DNA from: a virus
DNA length: 64,000 nt
IMG/VR virus record: IMGVR_UViG_3300025914_000003
Direction: 5' to 3' (one strand)
Of this stretch, positions 53,193 to 60,875 are shown in pieces; within the stretch, counting starts at the first letter, position 1; each line of letters begins with the position of its first letter. A program made the position numbers and the translations under genes. The notes under the pieces are model-generated. The model ran no database searches. It was not told the origin of the DNA and saw only the letters and a list, made by a program, of their open reading frames with translations.

Positions 53193-53954
53193 CTAAGCAA
53201 TGATCGTAATAGTTTCCATCTGTTCACGTAGATAGGTGGCGATTGACTGAATGGCGCGTAGCTTCCAACCCCCACCATCTGCCTCGAACAGAGCGCATGA
53301 GGGCATAACGCCTTCGCGTCCCTGACGGAGCCGTAGCACGAACTGAGATGATGGCTGAGTGACCTCTCGAAACGTCCGATAAGGCATCAAGTCAACGGGG
53401 TTCGGGACCGGCACATCCTCAACGCGGGCAATTCCGGCACGAGCGGTTACTGACTGTGTTACCCCGTCGTCGCTTGTTTGCCTAACGTTCTCTTCCTTGA
53501 TGTTGCCAACAAGCCGTAGGACACGCTCGCGATCATCGTTCTCAACGAATACGGATTGCAATTTAATGTTGAAAGTCTCGCAGTCGTAGAACTCGCCAAA
53601 GCGGAAATTGGCATCATTCAATACTGCCTGTGCTGACGCTCTGAGGTACTCGCGCCTTTGTTCTGCGCGCCCGAATAGCCCGCTAACAACCGTAACCGTT
53701 ACCGGGTCAACGACATGAATCATCCAGCCATCGGCAATAACCTCTTTATCAGCGCCGTTGTTGACGTATTCAGCGACGCCAGAAAGAGTGTTGATGTTGA
53801 GCGAAGCGGGCAGGTACTCTTTCGGGGGTAGGAACACGGGCCGATTAGTGAACTCGCCTTCGCCTACCTCAACAGTTGAAGTGAAAACGGAATCTTGGAT
53901 TGCTTTCACAGCATCGGAGGGAATTAGGGGAACTTCGTTATTTGGCATTTGCAC
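53193..53954 (-). CDS. conserved phage early protein of unknown function (253 aa)
   Basis: ...LMPYRTFREVTQPSSQFVLRLRQG...ALFEADGGGWKLRA... resembles a family I recall from siphophage early regions. I cannot name it. Confidence 0.65.
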   Translation of the reverse strand: MQMPNNEVPLIPSDAVKAIQDSVFTSTVEVGEGEFTNRPVFLPPKEYLPASLNINTLSGVAEYVNNGADKEVIADGWMIHVVDPVTVTVVSGLFGRAEQRREYLRASAQAVLNDANFRFGEFYDCETFNIKLQSVFVENDDRERVLRLVGNIKEENVRQTSDDGVTQSVTARAGIARVEDVPVPNPVDLMPYRTFREVTQPSSQFVLRLRQGREGVMPSCALFEADGGGWKLRAIQSIATYLREQMETITIIA

Positions 53955-54288
53955 CGTCCTTCTTTATTCCGACTACGTTATCGTCAAATGCGAGTTGACG
54001 GTTATCGCGCTCCGTCGCCACCGGATGCCCTGCCCGTTGACCGATGTAAATGGCCGTACCAACCGCTTTCACCGGCGCGAGTTTCGATTGAGTAGCAATT
54101 GCGACCGTTCCGAATGAACGATCCTCGTCCGGCTTAATGTCCACGGTCAAAGTAATTCTCCTGACCGTAGAAGGTCTGGTATTCGGATCGAGAATGTTAG
54201 CGAGAATCTTATCCAGTTCGGCCTGAAACATTTCCAGCGCCGCGCCTTGCCCTATCGTGTCTAAACTAACGTACTTTTCTTCTGCCAT
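53938..54288 (-). CDS. conserved phage early protein of unknown function (116 aa)
   Basis: ...GAALEMFQAELDKILANILDPNT...R.ITLTVDIKPDEDR... is a pattern recalled as a partner of the 253-aa family. Confidence 0.6.
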   Translation of the reverse strand: MAEEKYVSLDTIGQGAALEMFQAELDKILANILDPNTRPSTVRRITLTVDIKPDEDRSFGTVAIATQSKLAPVKAVGTAIYIGQRAGHPVATERDNRQLAFDDNVVGIKKDGANAK

Positions 54289-54289
54289 T

Positions 54290-54511
54290 TTACTTTTCCT
54301 TTCGGGGTTTAGACTTTGAGCCGTTTCTGGGGCGTCCTGCCCGCTTCATGTTTGGGTTGGGTTCAAACTTCTTAAGCGACGCCATCACAACGCGGATATG
54401 CGGCACTTCAACCGTGACGGTTTCCAGCTTCCCAGATTTAATTGCGGCATGGATCGCCTGCCGAGAAATACCTTTCAGCGCGGCAGCTTCGTTAATGGTC
54501 ACGGTTTTCAT
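54290..54511 (-). CDS. HTH_17/excisionase-type DNA-binding protein; first gene of the leftward operon
   Basis: Contains TINEAAALKGISRQAIHAAIKSGKLETV and a basic tail. No SD upstream. Confidence 0.7.
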   Translation of the reverse strand: MKTVTINEAAALKGISRQAIHAAIKSGKLETVTVEVPHIRVVMASLKKFEPNPNMKRAGRPRNGSKSKPRKEK

Positions 54512-54519
54512 GGATTGGA

Positions 54520-54548
54520 AATATACGACCGCAAATTAAATTTGTCAA
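54520..54548 (-). promoter_or_regulatory. leftward promoter TTGACA-N17-TATATT
   Basis: Minus-strand -35 at 54548-54543 and -10 at 54525-54520. ATG 54511 lies 9 nt after the -10. Confidence 0.55.
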
Positions 54549-54552
54549 CATC

Positions 54553-54581
54553 AATTATTTGCTTGACAGGCGGAAATAATT
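54553..54581. promoter_or_regulatory. inverted repeat AATTATTT-N13-AAATAATT centred on the rightward -35 (operator candidate)
   Basis: Read directly from the sequence. A further AT-rich palindrome, AAATTAAATTT, lies at 54533-54543. Confidence 0.45.
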
Positions 54582-54590
54582 CACTATACT
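54563..54590 (+). promoter_or_regulatory. rightward promoter TTGACA-N16-TATACT
   Basis: -35 at 54563-54568 and -10 at 54585-54590. Confidence 0.55.
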
Positions 54591-54736
54591 TCCGATTGCG
54601 CAAGAGCAGGCGCGTTTGATAACGAAGGCTTAAACTTTGAATGGGGGTTAGAGTTTAGCCGGGAAAAGTAGCGAGCTTGGTTTTCGGAGCGAAGATCGCC
54701 GCGCTTGCTCTTGGCGGAAATCGGATGGAGGGTGAG

Positions 54737-55258
54737 ATGGTAATGACTGACAACTGCGCATACATCTACAAGAAAGCGGGAGGAATACGCTGCGGCTATA
54801 CACGTCAGGCACACCACACGGCAGGTTTAGGTCATAACTTTGTCAGCCCGGAACCGCCAAAAGGCACTGTCGCCTTCGTTGACGGAACGCTGCGAGACGC
54901 AAAAGATACGAATCAGCTAGCCACGCAACCCGCGCCGGACGCTGGCGAGTGGCACACGCGGCAGACATTGCCGGGGGAAGCTCGCGCTATCTTTGACGGT
55001 GAAGGACGACTTGTAGCGAACGCAATCAGCGGCGACCTTGCTGCCCAAATCATTGCGGACCACAATCTCGTACCGAGACTAGAAACAGCGCTCAAGGAAT
55101 TGCTTGTTGAGGCTGAGGTTTCTAACGTTCTCTGGCAACAATCGAGAGGTTTTACTGGAACGGTTCAGGATGCGTACGCCAAGGGATTGATGCCGCCTGC
55201 CTATGTCAGAGCAAGGGAGATTCTGGAAGATGATGCTCCACGAACTAGACAAGACTGA
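54737..55258 (+). CDS. first rightward early protein, hypothetical
   Basis: The ORF is open from TTG 54677. ATG 54737 lies 5 nt after GGAGG; ATGs at 54725 and 54743 are alternatives. Confidence 0.55.
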   Translation: MVMTDNCAYIYKKAGGIRCGYTRQAHHTAGLGHNFVSPEPPKGTVAFVDGTLRDAKDTNQLATQPAPDAGEWHTRQTLPGEARAIFDGEGRLVANAISGDLAAQIIADHNLVPRLETALKELLVEAEVSNVLWQQSRGFTGTVQDAYAKGLMPPAYVRAREILEDDAPRTRQD

Positions 55259-55421
55259 AAAAGAAGTACTCAAGGGGAAGTATTCAAACGATGGACCTTT
55301 GGGCAGGATGAATCCACGATCGGGAGAGAAGATGGAAAAGTTCTACTGTCCCGATTGCAAAGAATATCACGAGGGCAGCGTACTTGGAGGGCTAGTAATC
55401 GTAAAGGAGTCCCATGATTAA
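55230..55421 (+). CDS. hypothetical Zn-ribbon protein
   Basis: Contains CPDC..H. Start is at either 55203 or 55230. Confidence 0.45.
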   Translation: MMLHELDKTEKEVLKGKYSNDGPLGRMNPRSGEKMEKFYCPDCKEYHEGSVLGGLVIVKESHD

Positions 55422-55770
55422 TCTAGCGCTACCCGTAAGCCCGGTCCACTTGTATGAATTGAAATACTTCAGTGTCGATCATGAGCGCGTTCAGGAAATC
55501 AGGCTTAAATATCACGCGTATTCCAAATGGGCAGAAGTGTGTGAGAGTAAAAACGGAGCGGATTTCACGGACCAGTGGCAAGTCTTCGTTGATGGATGGT
55601 TCTCTGGGCGGATGGACGGTTGGAATCGCCCTACCCGGATCGACCACGTAAACCATTTTGAGAAGCGCGATGATGCCGTAAATGTTCTGAGAGCACGGCT
55701 TGAGGAGCGTGCGCAAAGTTACGACGAAAGAGCCCAAGATCTTCGGGCAAAGGCCAGGAAGATAATATGA
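55414..55770 (+). CDS. hypothetical protein
   Basis: 118-aa ORF. Confidence 0.55.
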   Translation: MINLALPVSPVHLYELKYFSVDHERVQEIRLKYHAYSKWAEVCESKNGADFTDQWQVFVDGWFSGRMDGWNRPTRIDHVNHFEKRDDAVNVLRARLEERAQSYDERAQDLRAKARKII

Positions 55771-55997
55771 CCCGCGGACCACTTGAAGAATACCAGCGAC
55801 AACTCGACGCGCTGCTCGAGAAGAAAGCGGACCATCTTAGCCCGCCCGCTATCTACACGAGAGGCGTAGTTTTACCAGAAGATAAACGGAGCAAGCGGAT
55901 TTCTTTGCTCACTGTGATAATTCGGATCTTGCTGGCGCTGTTGCTCTTTGGATTAGTTAGTTTTGTTTTCTTCTTTGGATTAACAGGAAAGGGATAA
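55767..55997 (+). CDS. hypothetical protein with a C-terminal TM segment; its 3' end lies in the 77-bp duplication
   Basis: TM segment LLTVIIRILLALLLFGLVSFVFFFGL. The stop codon is created at the repeat junction. Confidence 0.55.
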   Translation: MTRGPLEEYQRQLDALLEKKADHLSPPAIYTRGVVLPEDKRSKRISLLTVIIRILLALLLFGLVSFVFFFGLTGKG

Positions 55998-56069
55998 TTC
56001 GGATCTTGCTGGCGCTGTTGCTCTTTGGATTAGTTAGTTTTGTTTTCTTCTTTGGATTAACAGGAAAGG
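55916..56069 (+). repeat. perfect tandem duplication, 2 x 77 bp
   Basis: 55916-55992 is identical to 55993-56069, read base by base. Confidence 0.95.
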
Positions 56070-56074
56070 AATAG

Positions 56075-56506
56075 ATGAAGATGGAGATAAACAGACGCTG
56101 GTTTGGGGTGCTGAACCTTGAGAACCTAGACGCAGTTGCCGAAGTGATGCGAAAGATTCTCGCGGGACGAATTGCGATAGCCGAAGCCTCTTACGTTGAT
56201 AGCGGTCACGCGCAATTGCGTCTAATCTCAGCTGACTGCCAGATTGATTCGCGTTGGACTAGCGAGCCATCCAAAGAATCCGTCCGAGTCTTTCGCGGCG
56301 AAGACGGACATGCATGGATCGGCTTCTCCGCTGGCGGATTTTTCTGGTCCTTTACAGCGCGTCCCGATAACGGGTCTGAGCATGATGACTATCGTTATCC
56401 ATTCTTTTCGTTTGAATACAACAAGTTTACCGTGACAGACCGTGCTCCAGCGGGCAAAGGGTATCTGCACCAGAGAGCGTTTGGAGCCCACGAGAAGACA
56501 AAATGA
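56075..56506 (+). CDS. hypothetical protein
   Basis: 143-aa ORF. Confidence 0.6.
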   Translation: MKMEINRRWFGVLNLENLDAVAEVMRKILAGRIAIAEASYVDSGHAQLRLISADCQIDSRWTSEPSKESVRVFRGEDGHAWIGFSAGGFFWSFTARPDNGSEHDDYRYPFFSFEYNKFTVTDRAPAGKGYLHQRAFGAHEKTK

Positions 56507-56543
56507 GCGTCTACCCCATATATCTAGTACTCGGAGGTGTATC

Positions 56544-56843
56544 GTGAACAGAAGAACTTTCGCTGACATTGCCACCATCAGGGCAGCTATCTTTGATGTA
56601 CTTGACGAGGGAGATAGCGATCTTGGTCCTTGGGTATTCTCGCAGGATGAGAGTGAGACGGAAAGCGAGGAACGCCACCGCTTTGCTAATGCCGTGGTGA
56701 GCAGGATTGAGGATCTGGAGTCGAATTTGAACTTCGCCAAACTGGAGAACCTGTGCCCGACACACATGCGCGAAGCATTACCTCGACCTACATCTATGGT
56801 TTGTGCTGAGTGTGAGAAGAAACAGAAAGTAGTAGGAGCGTGA
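56544..56843 (+). CDS. hypothetical acidic protein with a C-terminal CxxC (GTG start)
   Basis: GGAGG lies 7 nt before GTG 56544. The tracked start at 56442 overlaps the previous gene. Confidence 0.5.
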   Translation: MNRRTFADIATIRAAIFDVLDEGDSDLGPWVFSQDESETESEERHRFANAVVSRIEDLESNLNFAKLENLCPTHMREALPRPTSMVCAECEKKQKVVGA

Positions 56844-56856
56844 CCACTTAAACATC

Positions 56857-57183
56857 ATGCTAGCGGTATCTACATTTATTCGACCTAAGCGCGGCACACG
56901 CGAATTTACTGCGGTTAAAAAGGCGCAGGAGCAATCTCCACGGGTCGATTATTTAGGCACAGTACGCGGCTGCCGTTATTACTTAGTGCAAGGGACTTTT
57001 GGTGCGGAACGCATTGTTAAAGTGTGGCAAGATCGAGATAGTGAGTGTTGGGTGCAATGCCTGTCCTGTCCATCCGGATCGCCGCCGATTGACCGCACGA
57101 CAAGATTGCCACAATGGGAACCGTCTCCGTGTTTTCACGCGGCGGCAACACTGCTTGCGTTTGAAGAGCATGAGAATAAATGA
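56857..57183 (+). CDS. SWIM-like zinc-finger protein (variant CxxC...CxH)
   Basis: Contains YYLVQG...VKVWQD...CWVQCLSCPSG...SPCFHAAATLLAF. Confidence 0.45.
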   Translation: MLAVSTFIRPKRGTREFTAVKKAQEQSPRVDYLGTVRGCRYYLVQGTFGAERIVKVWQDRDSECWVQCLSCPSGSPPIDRTTRLPQWEPSPCFHAAATLLAFEEHENK

Positions 57184-57479
57184 GCGTTATCCAATTAGAA
57201 CTTTTAGATGCGAAACCGGATGTCAACCTTGACTTGCTGTATCAGGAAGATTGGTCGCGGATGCGGAGCGCTCACAGCGAGCGAGAAATTTTTGCTTACA
57301 TCGTCAAAAGCGATTCGGGCAATACATACGAGACTGAGATCTTCTTGAGCGACTTAAACACGATATGTGCTTACTGCGGATGTGCTGCAAGTGAGTTGGG
57401 TCTACGTAAATGCAGACACGTACGCGCAGTATTGGCAGATGTAGTTGAAAAGAAACCTGAGTTCGGAAAGCCGGGCTAA
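57180..57479 (+). CDS. SWIM zinc-finger protein
   Basis: FAYIVKS...YETEIFL...CAYCGCAASELGLRKCRHVRAVL carries the canonical CxCx(n)CxH signature. Confidence 0.7.
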   Translation: MSVIQLELLDAKPDVNLDLLYQEDWSRMRSAHSEREIFAYIVKSDSGNTYETEIFLSDLNTICAYCGCAASELGLRKCRHVRAVLADVVEKKPEFGKPG

Positions 57480-57497
57480 CCAAAAGGAGATAGAACG

Positions 57498-58730
57498 ATG
57501 CAAATAGGAACAGAACAAACTGAGGGCTGGCAGGTCCAAAAGCCCTACCAACCAAACTTTCAAGAGAATTATCACTACATACGCGAAGGCCGAGCTCTTT
57601 GCGGGGCGGTTGGCAGTTATGAGTACGGCTTGGACGAAGACAATCCGGAACAGCGCGATCCCGCTGACTGTGCAGACTGCGCTCATATAAAAGCAAGAGG
57701 CGAACAATCATTTAGTCCCATCACCGTCTTTAATGGGCACCATCGTTCACAGTCCACGAAGAGATTTCTATTCTTAGCATCGATCGTAGCGGCTGTGTGC
57801 TTTCTGCTAACGAATACCAGCGTGGACCTGGATACGAAGGTTCAGGCGCAAACACAGTACGAATGCATAACTCGATGCAACCAGGTGAAGTCGACCTGTC
57901 GGGACAGGGAAACCGAAGCCTATGTCACTTGTGGGCAACAAGGAGGCTCAGAAGCGACGTGTAGAGATAGGGCGGGACAGGTTTATCTCTCCTGCATGAG
58001 CGAGCAACACTGTCAGTCGTGCTTCAATCGCGTGACCTCATTTTACTGCGAGTGCGGTGCGCTTTTCTGGGAGGAGGGTGGTGGCTCTGCTTGTCCTGGT
58101 TATGAAGATCAAATCGACCAGTGTCAGGCGGCTCAGCACATTTGGGATTTCGACACCTGCTCCTGCGACACCGGTATTGGCCCACACACCCCGATTCTCA
58201 TCGACACCGCGGGGAATGGGTTTCAGTTGACAAGTCTTGTAGACGGCGTTTCTTTCAGTCTTAGGCCCGGTGTTGCACGCAAGATCTCCTGGACATCCGC
58301 AGACTCTGATGACGCCTGGCTGTCTCTGGACCGTAACGGAAACGGTGTGATTGATGATGGCAGCGAGCTTTTTGGGAACTTCACGCCACAGCCTAAGCCT
58401 GCCGAAGGCACGAAGAGAAATGGGTTTCTAGCGCTACGGGTCTTTGACCAATTTCTAAACGGCGGGAACGAAGATGGGGTAATTGATCGATCAGATGAAA
58501 TCTACCGCTATCTGAGGTTATGGCGCGACGCGAATCACAACGGGATTTCGGAAGCACCCGAGCTCCATTCCCTGTCCGCGATGGGCATCGATTCAATTGA
58601 CCTTGAATACAAGTTCGCCGGTCGCAGAGATCGGTTTGGGAACTATTTCTTGTATCGCTCAAAGATAAGCGACGGAACCACATACCAGCTTGGGCGATGG
58701 GCACAGGATGTCGACCTGCTTCATGAGTAG
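57498..58730 (+). CDS. membrane-anchored protein: N-terminal Zn-ribbon-like region, TM segment, Cys-rich domain, and C-terminal repeats of the Ca-binding D-x-N-G-[DN]-G-x-I-D type
   Basis: TM segment is FLFLASIVAAVCFLL. About 22 Cys lie in residues 115-215. LDRNGNGVIDDGSELFG ... WRDANHNGISEAPELHSLSAMGIDSIDL resembles motifs in large secreted Ca-binding adhesins. Confidence 0.65.
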   Translation: MQIGTEQTEGWQVQKPYQPNFQENYHYIREGRALCGAVGSYEYGLDEDNPEQRDPADCADCAHIKARGEQSFSPITVFNGHHRSQSTKRFLFLASIVAAVCFLLTNTSVDLDTKVQAQTQYECITRCNQVKSTCRDRETEAYVTCGQQGGSEATCRDRAGQVYLSCMSEQHCQSCFNRVTSFYCECGALFWEEGGGSACPGYEDQIDQCQAAQHIWDFDTCSCDTGIGPHTPILIDTAGNGFQLTSLVDGVSFSLRPGVARKISWTSADSDDAWLSLDRNGNGVIDDGSELFGNFTPQPKPAEGTKRNGFLALRVFDQFLNGGNEDGVIDRSDEIYRYLRLWRDANHNGISEAPELHSLSAMGIDSIDLEYKFAGRRDRFGNYFLYRSKISDGTTYQLGRWAQDVDLLHE

Positions 58731-58760
58731 CGCACATCTTTGGTGAAAAGGAGCACACAA

Positions 58761-58952
58761 ATGTCAACCGGAACGATTTACGATACAACTAAACATGCAT
58801 TTGAAGGACTACCAACCACGTCATCAATCTGCCGCTATTGTGAGCGCTGGTTCACAGACCCGATCCATCAGCGCCCCTCGCCTGAAAGCGGAGAGCGATG
58901 GATCACGCTGGAAGAATCGCAAGGACCGAACGAGTCAAGACCCGCCACTTAG
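58761..58952 (+). CDS. hypothetical protein
   Basis: ATG behind AAAAGGAG. Confidence 0.45.
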   Translation: MSTGTIYDTTKHAFEGLPTTSSICRYCERWFTDPIHQRPSPESGERWITLEESQGPNESRPAT

Positions 58953-59006
58953 CGTGACGGGTTTTGATCACTTTCTACGCCTTTAGTAGTAGGAGGCTAA
59001 ACCAAA

Positions 59007-59225
59007 ATGGCTATTGAAATGAAAACTACAGAAGCGCAGAGGAACCGGAAACTTCTTTTCTGTATTAAGACGTTGCGAGCGGTTCAAAACGATCTTGGCT
59101 ACATGTCCCTGGATGAACCAGTGCGCGACATGATCGAAGAGGCGCTCACACCGATAGGTGGGTGGGAAGCGGGACTTGTACGGATCAATGCATTCTTAGA
59201 AGGGGATACAGATGATGGCGGCTAG
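59007..59225 (+). CDS. hypothetical protein
   Basis: ATG behind GTAGGAGG. Confidence 0.5.
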   Translation: MAIEMKTTEAQRNRKLLFCIKTLRAVQNDLGYMSLDEPVRDMIEEALTPIGGWEAGLVRINAFLEGDTDDGG

Positions 59226-59511
59226 CACAGAAACACAACCTCGTCCAATGAGTGAGACAAGGCAGATAGCGGAGCAAATAGTCGATGAGCATTTAGACGA
59301 GATGATGTCGCCTCGGGAGTATGCGAGCACGGCCAAAGCGCTGATTGATGACTTTGAAAAAGCTCTCCGCGACAGAGACGAACGGGCAGCAAAGAAGTGC
59401 GATGATCGTGTTATCGAAATCAGCAACTACCAGACACGACCATACAGAGTCGCGCGTCGTGAACTTGAATCCATCGCATCGGCTATTAGAGGTAAATCAA
59501 ATGGCGACTAA
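59212..59511 (+). CDS. hypothetical acidic protein
   Basis: 99-aa ORF. Confidence 0.5.
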   Translation: MMAASTETQPRPMSETRQIAEQIVDEHLDEMMSPREYASTAKALIDDFEKALRDRDERAAKKCDDRVIEISNYQTRPYRVARRELESIASAIRGKSNGD

Positions 59512-59938
59512 GTTTGCGCACAATTACCGATTACTGAAAGACATCCCTGGTTATAAGGCCGGGCGCACGGTTAATTGGCATGGAGCAACCCAACGGTTCT
59601 ATCTACGCAAGATCAGCGAGTGGAAACATGACAATGGCGCAGAGGGAATTTATCTTGACTTTGATGGCCCAAAGTTCACCGTAGATCAAGTCTGCGAATC
59701 TGATTGGTTTGAGCCGATAGGGGAACTTATTGATTTTATCCCGCCATTCCCCAACCATGCCGTGCTAGACCAATACGTTGACTTAATTCCAGACTGCCGC
59801 CTTGTTGATGACGTGGACCAGTGTCGTGCGATTAACATGATGCTTCGGGACGCGGGTTTTCAACGACGGCTCTATGAATTCTATCGAGAGCAATACAATC
59901 TATTCCACGGTCTAAAAGAGGAAACCAATGTCGAATAG
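59501..59938 (+). CDS. hypothetical protein
   Basis: ATG 59501 is preferred. The tracked start at 59345 overlaps the previous gene out of frame. Confidence 0.55.
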   Translation: MATKFAHNYRLLKDIPGYKAGRTVNWHGATQRFYLRKISEWKHDNGAEGIYLDFDGPKFTVDQVCESDWFEPIGELIDFIPPFPNHAVLDQYVDLIPDCRLVDDVDQCRAINMMLRDAGFQRRLYEFYREQYNLFHGLKEETNVE

Positions 59939-60875
59939 CTCAGAGACACTTGCGCTCGAGCGCCCACAGCAGCCCGAGCGTCACCTAACACAAATGGACA
60001 TAATGGTTGAGCAGGCCATGCGCGTCGAGGGATTAAGCGGCGCCGAGCGCCTGGCCCTCATCGATAAGATTGAGGGCGTTTACTTGCGGCGCCGCGCAGA
60101 AGAGGCTGAGGAAATATTCAATGAGGCGATGCGCGATGCACAAGCGAAGATGGAGACTATCCCGGCCGAATCGCTCAACCCGCAGACACGAAGCCATTAC
60201 GCCAAGTACGCCGCGGTAGATAAGCACATCCGCCCGATCTATACAGAGCACGGATTCGCGCTGAGCTTCAAGCAGGGGGAGGGTGCGCCGCCAGAATACA
60301 TGCGCCTTGTCTGCCGCCTTTCCCATAAGGGCGGACACGTTGAGTTTCCGTATCTGGATTTGCCGATAGATGGAAAAGGGGCTAAGGGCGGGGATGTCAT
60401 GACCAAAACCCACGCGACCGGGTCGGGAGTTTCCTATGGCAAGCGATACCTCGCGGGGATGATCTTCAACCTCTCTTTCACTGACGATAAAGACGACAAC
60501 GACGGAAATCCAATTAGGCCAGCCATCAGCGATGTGGAGCGGGCAAACCTTGAGAAGATGATGAAGGATGACAGCCAAGCGCGTCGAGACTGGCTTTTGA
60601 AACAGTTCGGCATTCAAGATCTCTCTAAGCTACCTCGCACCAAGTACCAGAGCGCCGTAGATAAGATTAACCTTGCTCATCAGAAAGACGCTGAACGCAA
60701 GGCGACAATCAGCGAGGATCAGGAGGCAACCCTGGTTGCCATGATCGATGGCATTGGCGGCAACTGTAAAGCCGACTTCCTTAAAGCCAACCAGATCAAG
60801 AAGGTCAGCGAACTTCCAGCGAGTCAGTATCAAGGCGCATTAGCAGCGCTTCACCAACAACAGAATCGACAATGA
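59928..60875 (+). CDS. erf: ERF-family single-strand annealing protein with a duplicated C-terminal module of about 40 aa
   Basis: Contains YAKYAAVDKHIRPIYTEHGFALSF ... THATGSGVSYGKRYLAGMIFNL. The C-terminal modules LSKLPRTKYQSAVDKI and VSELPASQYQGALAAL are related. Confidence 0.8.
   Translation: MSNSSETLALERPQQPERHLTQMDIMVEQAMRVEGLSGAERLALIDKIEGVYLRRRAEEAEEIFNEAMRDAQAKMETIPAESLNPQTRSHYAKYAAVDKHIRPIYTEHGFALSFKQGEGAPPEYMRLVCRLSHKGGHVEFPYLDLPIDGKGAKGGDVMTKTHATGSGVSYGKRYLAGMIFNLSFTDDKDDNDGNPIRPAISDVERANLEKMMKDDSQARRDWLLKQFGIQDLSKLPRTKYQSAVDKINLAHQKDAERKATISEDQEATLVAMIDGIGGNCKADFLKANQIKKVSELPASQYQGALAALHQQQNRQ

Noticed and set aside
56228-56767. 179-aa minus-strand ORF in the early operon.
   Set aside because: It is antisense to two plus-strand genes that have SD sequences, and it has no motif.
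60033-60617. 194-aa minus-strand ORF.
   Set aside because: It is antisense to the ERF gene, which has clear family motifs.
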